From contig JAFAEZ010000023.1 of assembly GCA_023423775.1 (NCBI GenBank), forward strand, positions 5,532 to 69,531: a stretch of 64,000 nt of DNA, in the 5' to 3' direction. Of the stretch, positions 62,998-64,000 are shown piece after piece. This DNA is from Pseudomonadota bacterium. Its GTDB lineage: Bacteria; Pseudomonadota; Alphaproteobacteria; Sphingomonadales; Sphingomonadaceae. The notes beneath the pieces are model-generated. The model did not search any database, had not been told where the DNA came from, and saw nothing but the letters and a program-made list of their open reading frames with translations. Within the stretch, counting starts at the first letter, position 1. Each line of letters opens with the position of its first letter. Position numbers and translations under genes: made by a program.

Positions 62998-64000
62998 CAC
63001 ATCTGGCGGTAGCGCGCCTCCGCCTCGGCCATATAGTCGCGGGTGATCGGCAACGCCGTGCGATCGCGGATATATTGAACCTGGTAGACGCAGCCGCTGC
63101 CATTCTCGAACATGGTGATGCCCCCGGCCAGATAATATTCCCAGAGGCGGAAGAAGCGCTCGTCGTAGAGGGCGACGATCTCGTCCCGCGCCGCGCGCGT
63201 CCGCTCCAGCCAGTGACGCAAAGTATGGGCGTAATGGAGGCGGAGCGTCTCGACGTCGGCGACGATCATCTTGGCCGGCTCGCTCGCCGCGCACATCTCG
63301 GACAAGGGCGGCAGATAGTAACCGGGAAAGATATATTTGTGGGTGAACGGATCGCCCGAACCCGAGCCCGCCGAGCCCAGCTTGCCGATCGTGTGAAGCA
63401 GCATCACCCCATCGTCGGCGAGCAATTCGCGGGATTTGCGGAAGAAGGCGGCATAATGGATCGGGCCGACATGCTCGAACATGCCGACCGACACGATCCG
63501 GTCGAAACGTCCCTCGAGCCTGCGATAGTCGCGCAGTTCGAACTTCACGCGGTCGGCGACCCCGGCTTCCTCGGCGCGGCGCCGCGCGACCTTGAGCTGC
63601 TCCTCGGACAAGGTGACGCCGAGCACGTCGACGTCGGCGACCCGGTTGAGATAGAGCGCCATCCCGCCCCAGCCGCAGCCGATATCGAGCACGCGCTGGC
63701 CCGGCTTCAGGTATAGCTTGGCGGCAATGTGCGCCTTCTTGTCGGCCTGCGCCTGGTCGAGGCTGTTGGCAGGATCGCTGAAATAGGCGCAGCTATATTG
63801 GCGATCGCGGTCGAGGAAGAGATCGTAGAGCCGATCCGACAGGTCGTAATGATGCGCGACGTTGCGCTTCGAGCGCGCCTCCCAGTTGAACCGCTTCCAC
63901 CGGTTGAGCAGCTTGCCGGTGCCCCGCTTCAGCGCCTTGCGACCGCTTCCGCCTTTCTCCCACCGATTGTTGCCGACGACGAAGTCCATGAGATCGTAGA
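62997..64000 (-). CDS. cfa: Cyclopropane-fatty-acyl-phospholipid synthase family protein, 5'-truncated
   Basis: NVAHHYDL, QYSCAYF, VLDIGCGWGG, IVSVGMFEHVG, KYIFPG, HYAHTL. Confidence 0.92.
   Translation of the reverse strand, partial: YDLMDFVVGNNRWEKGGSGRKALKRGTGKLLNRWKRFNWEARSKRNVAHHYDLSDRLYDLFLDRDRQYSCAYFSDPANSLDQAQADKKAHIAAKLYLKPGQRVLDIGCGWGGMALYLNRVADVDVLGVTLSEEQLKVARRRAEEAGVADRVKFELRDYRRLEGRFDRIVSVGMFEHVGPIHYAAFFRKSRELLADDGVMLLHTIGKLGSAGSGSGDPFTHKYIFPGYYLPPLSEMCAASEPAKMIVADVETLRLHYAHTLRHWLERTRAARDEIVALYDERFFRLWEYYLAGGITMFENGSGCVYQVQYIRDRTALPITRDYMAEAEARYRQM

Overview
GC-rich alphaproteobacterial chromosome segment. Gene order and protein signatures point to Sphingomonadales (inference). 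The core is the str/S10/spc/alpha ribosomal superoperon on the minus strand (rpsL to rpoA, 32848-52101), with no rplQ after rpoA and an Arg at S12 position 88. The left arm carries stress and repair genes (msrA-gloA, a FixJ/FixL-like pair, a LigC-like ligase plus LigD polymerase domain, two L,D-transpeptidases), a dadA-alr-lrp block, tRNA-Gln, ilvE/proC/ybjN/ubiK/tspO, an RND pump, tlyA-dxs, zur-merC and ctaA-cutA. The right arm holds the most interesting locus (55.1-62.3 kb): a putative lipid-carrier-dependent surface glycosylation system with a GtrA flippase, a GtrB-like GT2, a SAM methyltransferase, two tandem GT-C-like membrane paralogs, and an AglB/STT3-like protein whose WWDYG motif is replaced by FVDLS. 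Other notable signals are a Zur box over the -35 of a MerC-family gene, NrdR-like and paired DnaA-like boxes before ybjN-proC, and EcfG-type promoters. I saw no CRISPR array, integrase or transposase. All calls come from motif recognition by eye; no database searches were run.
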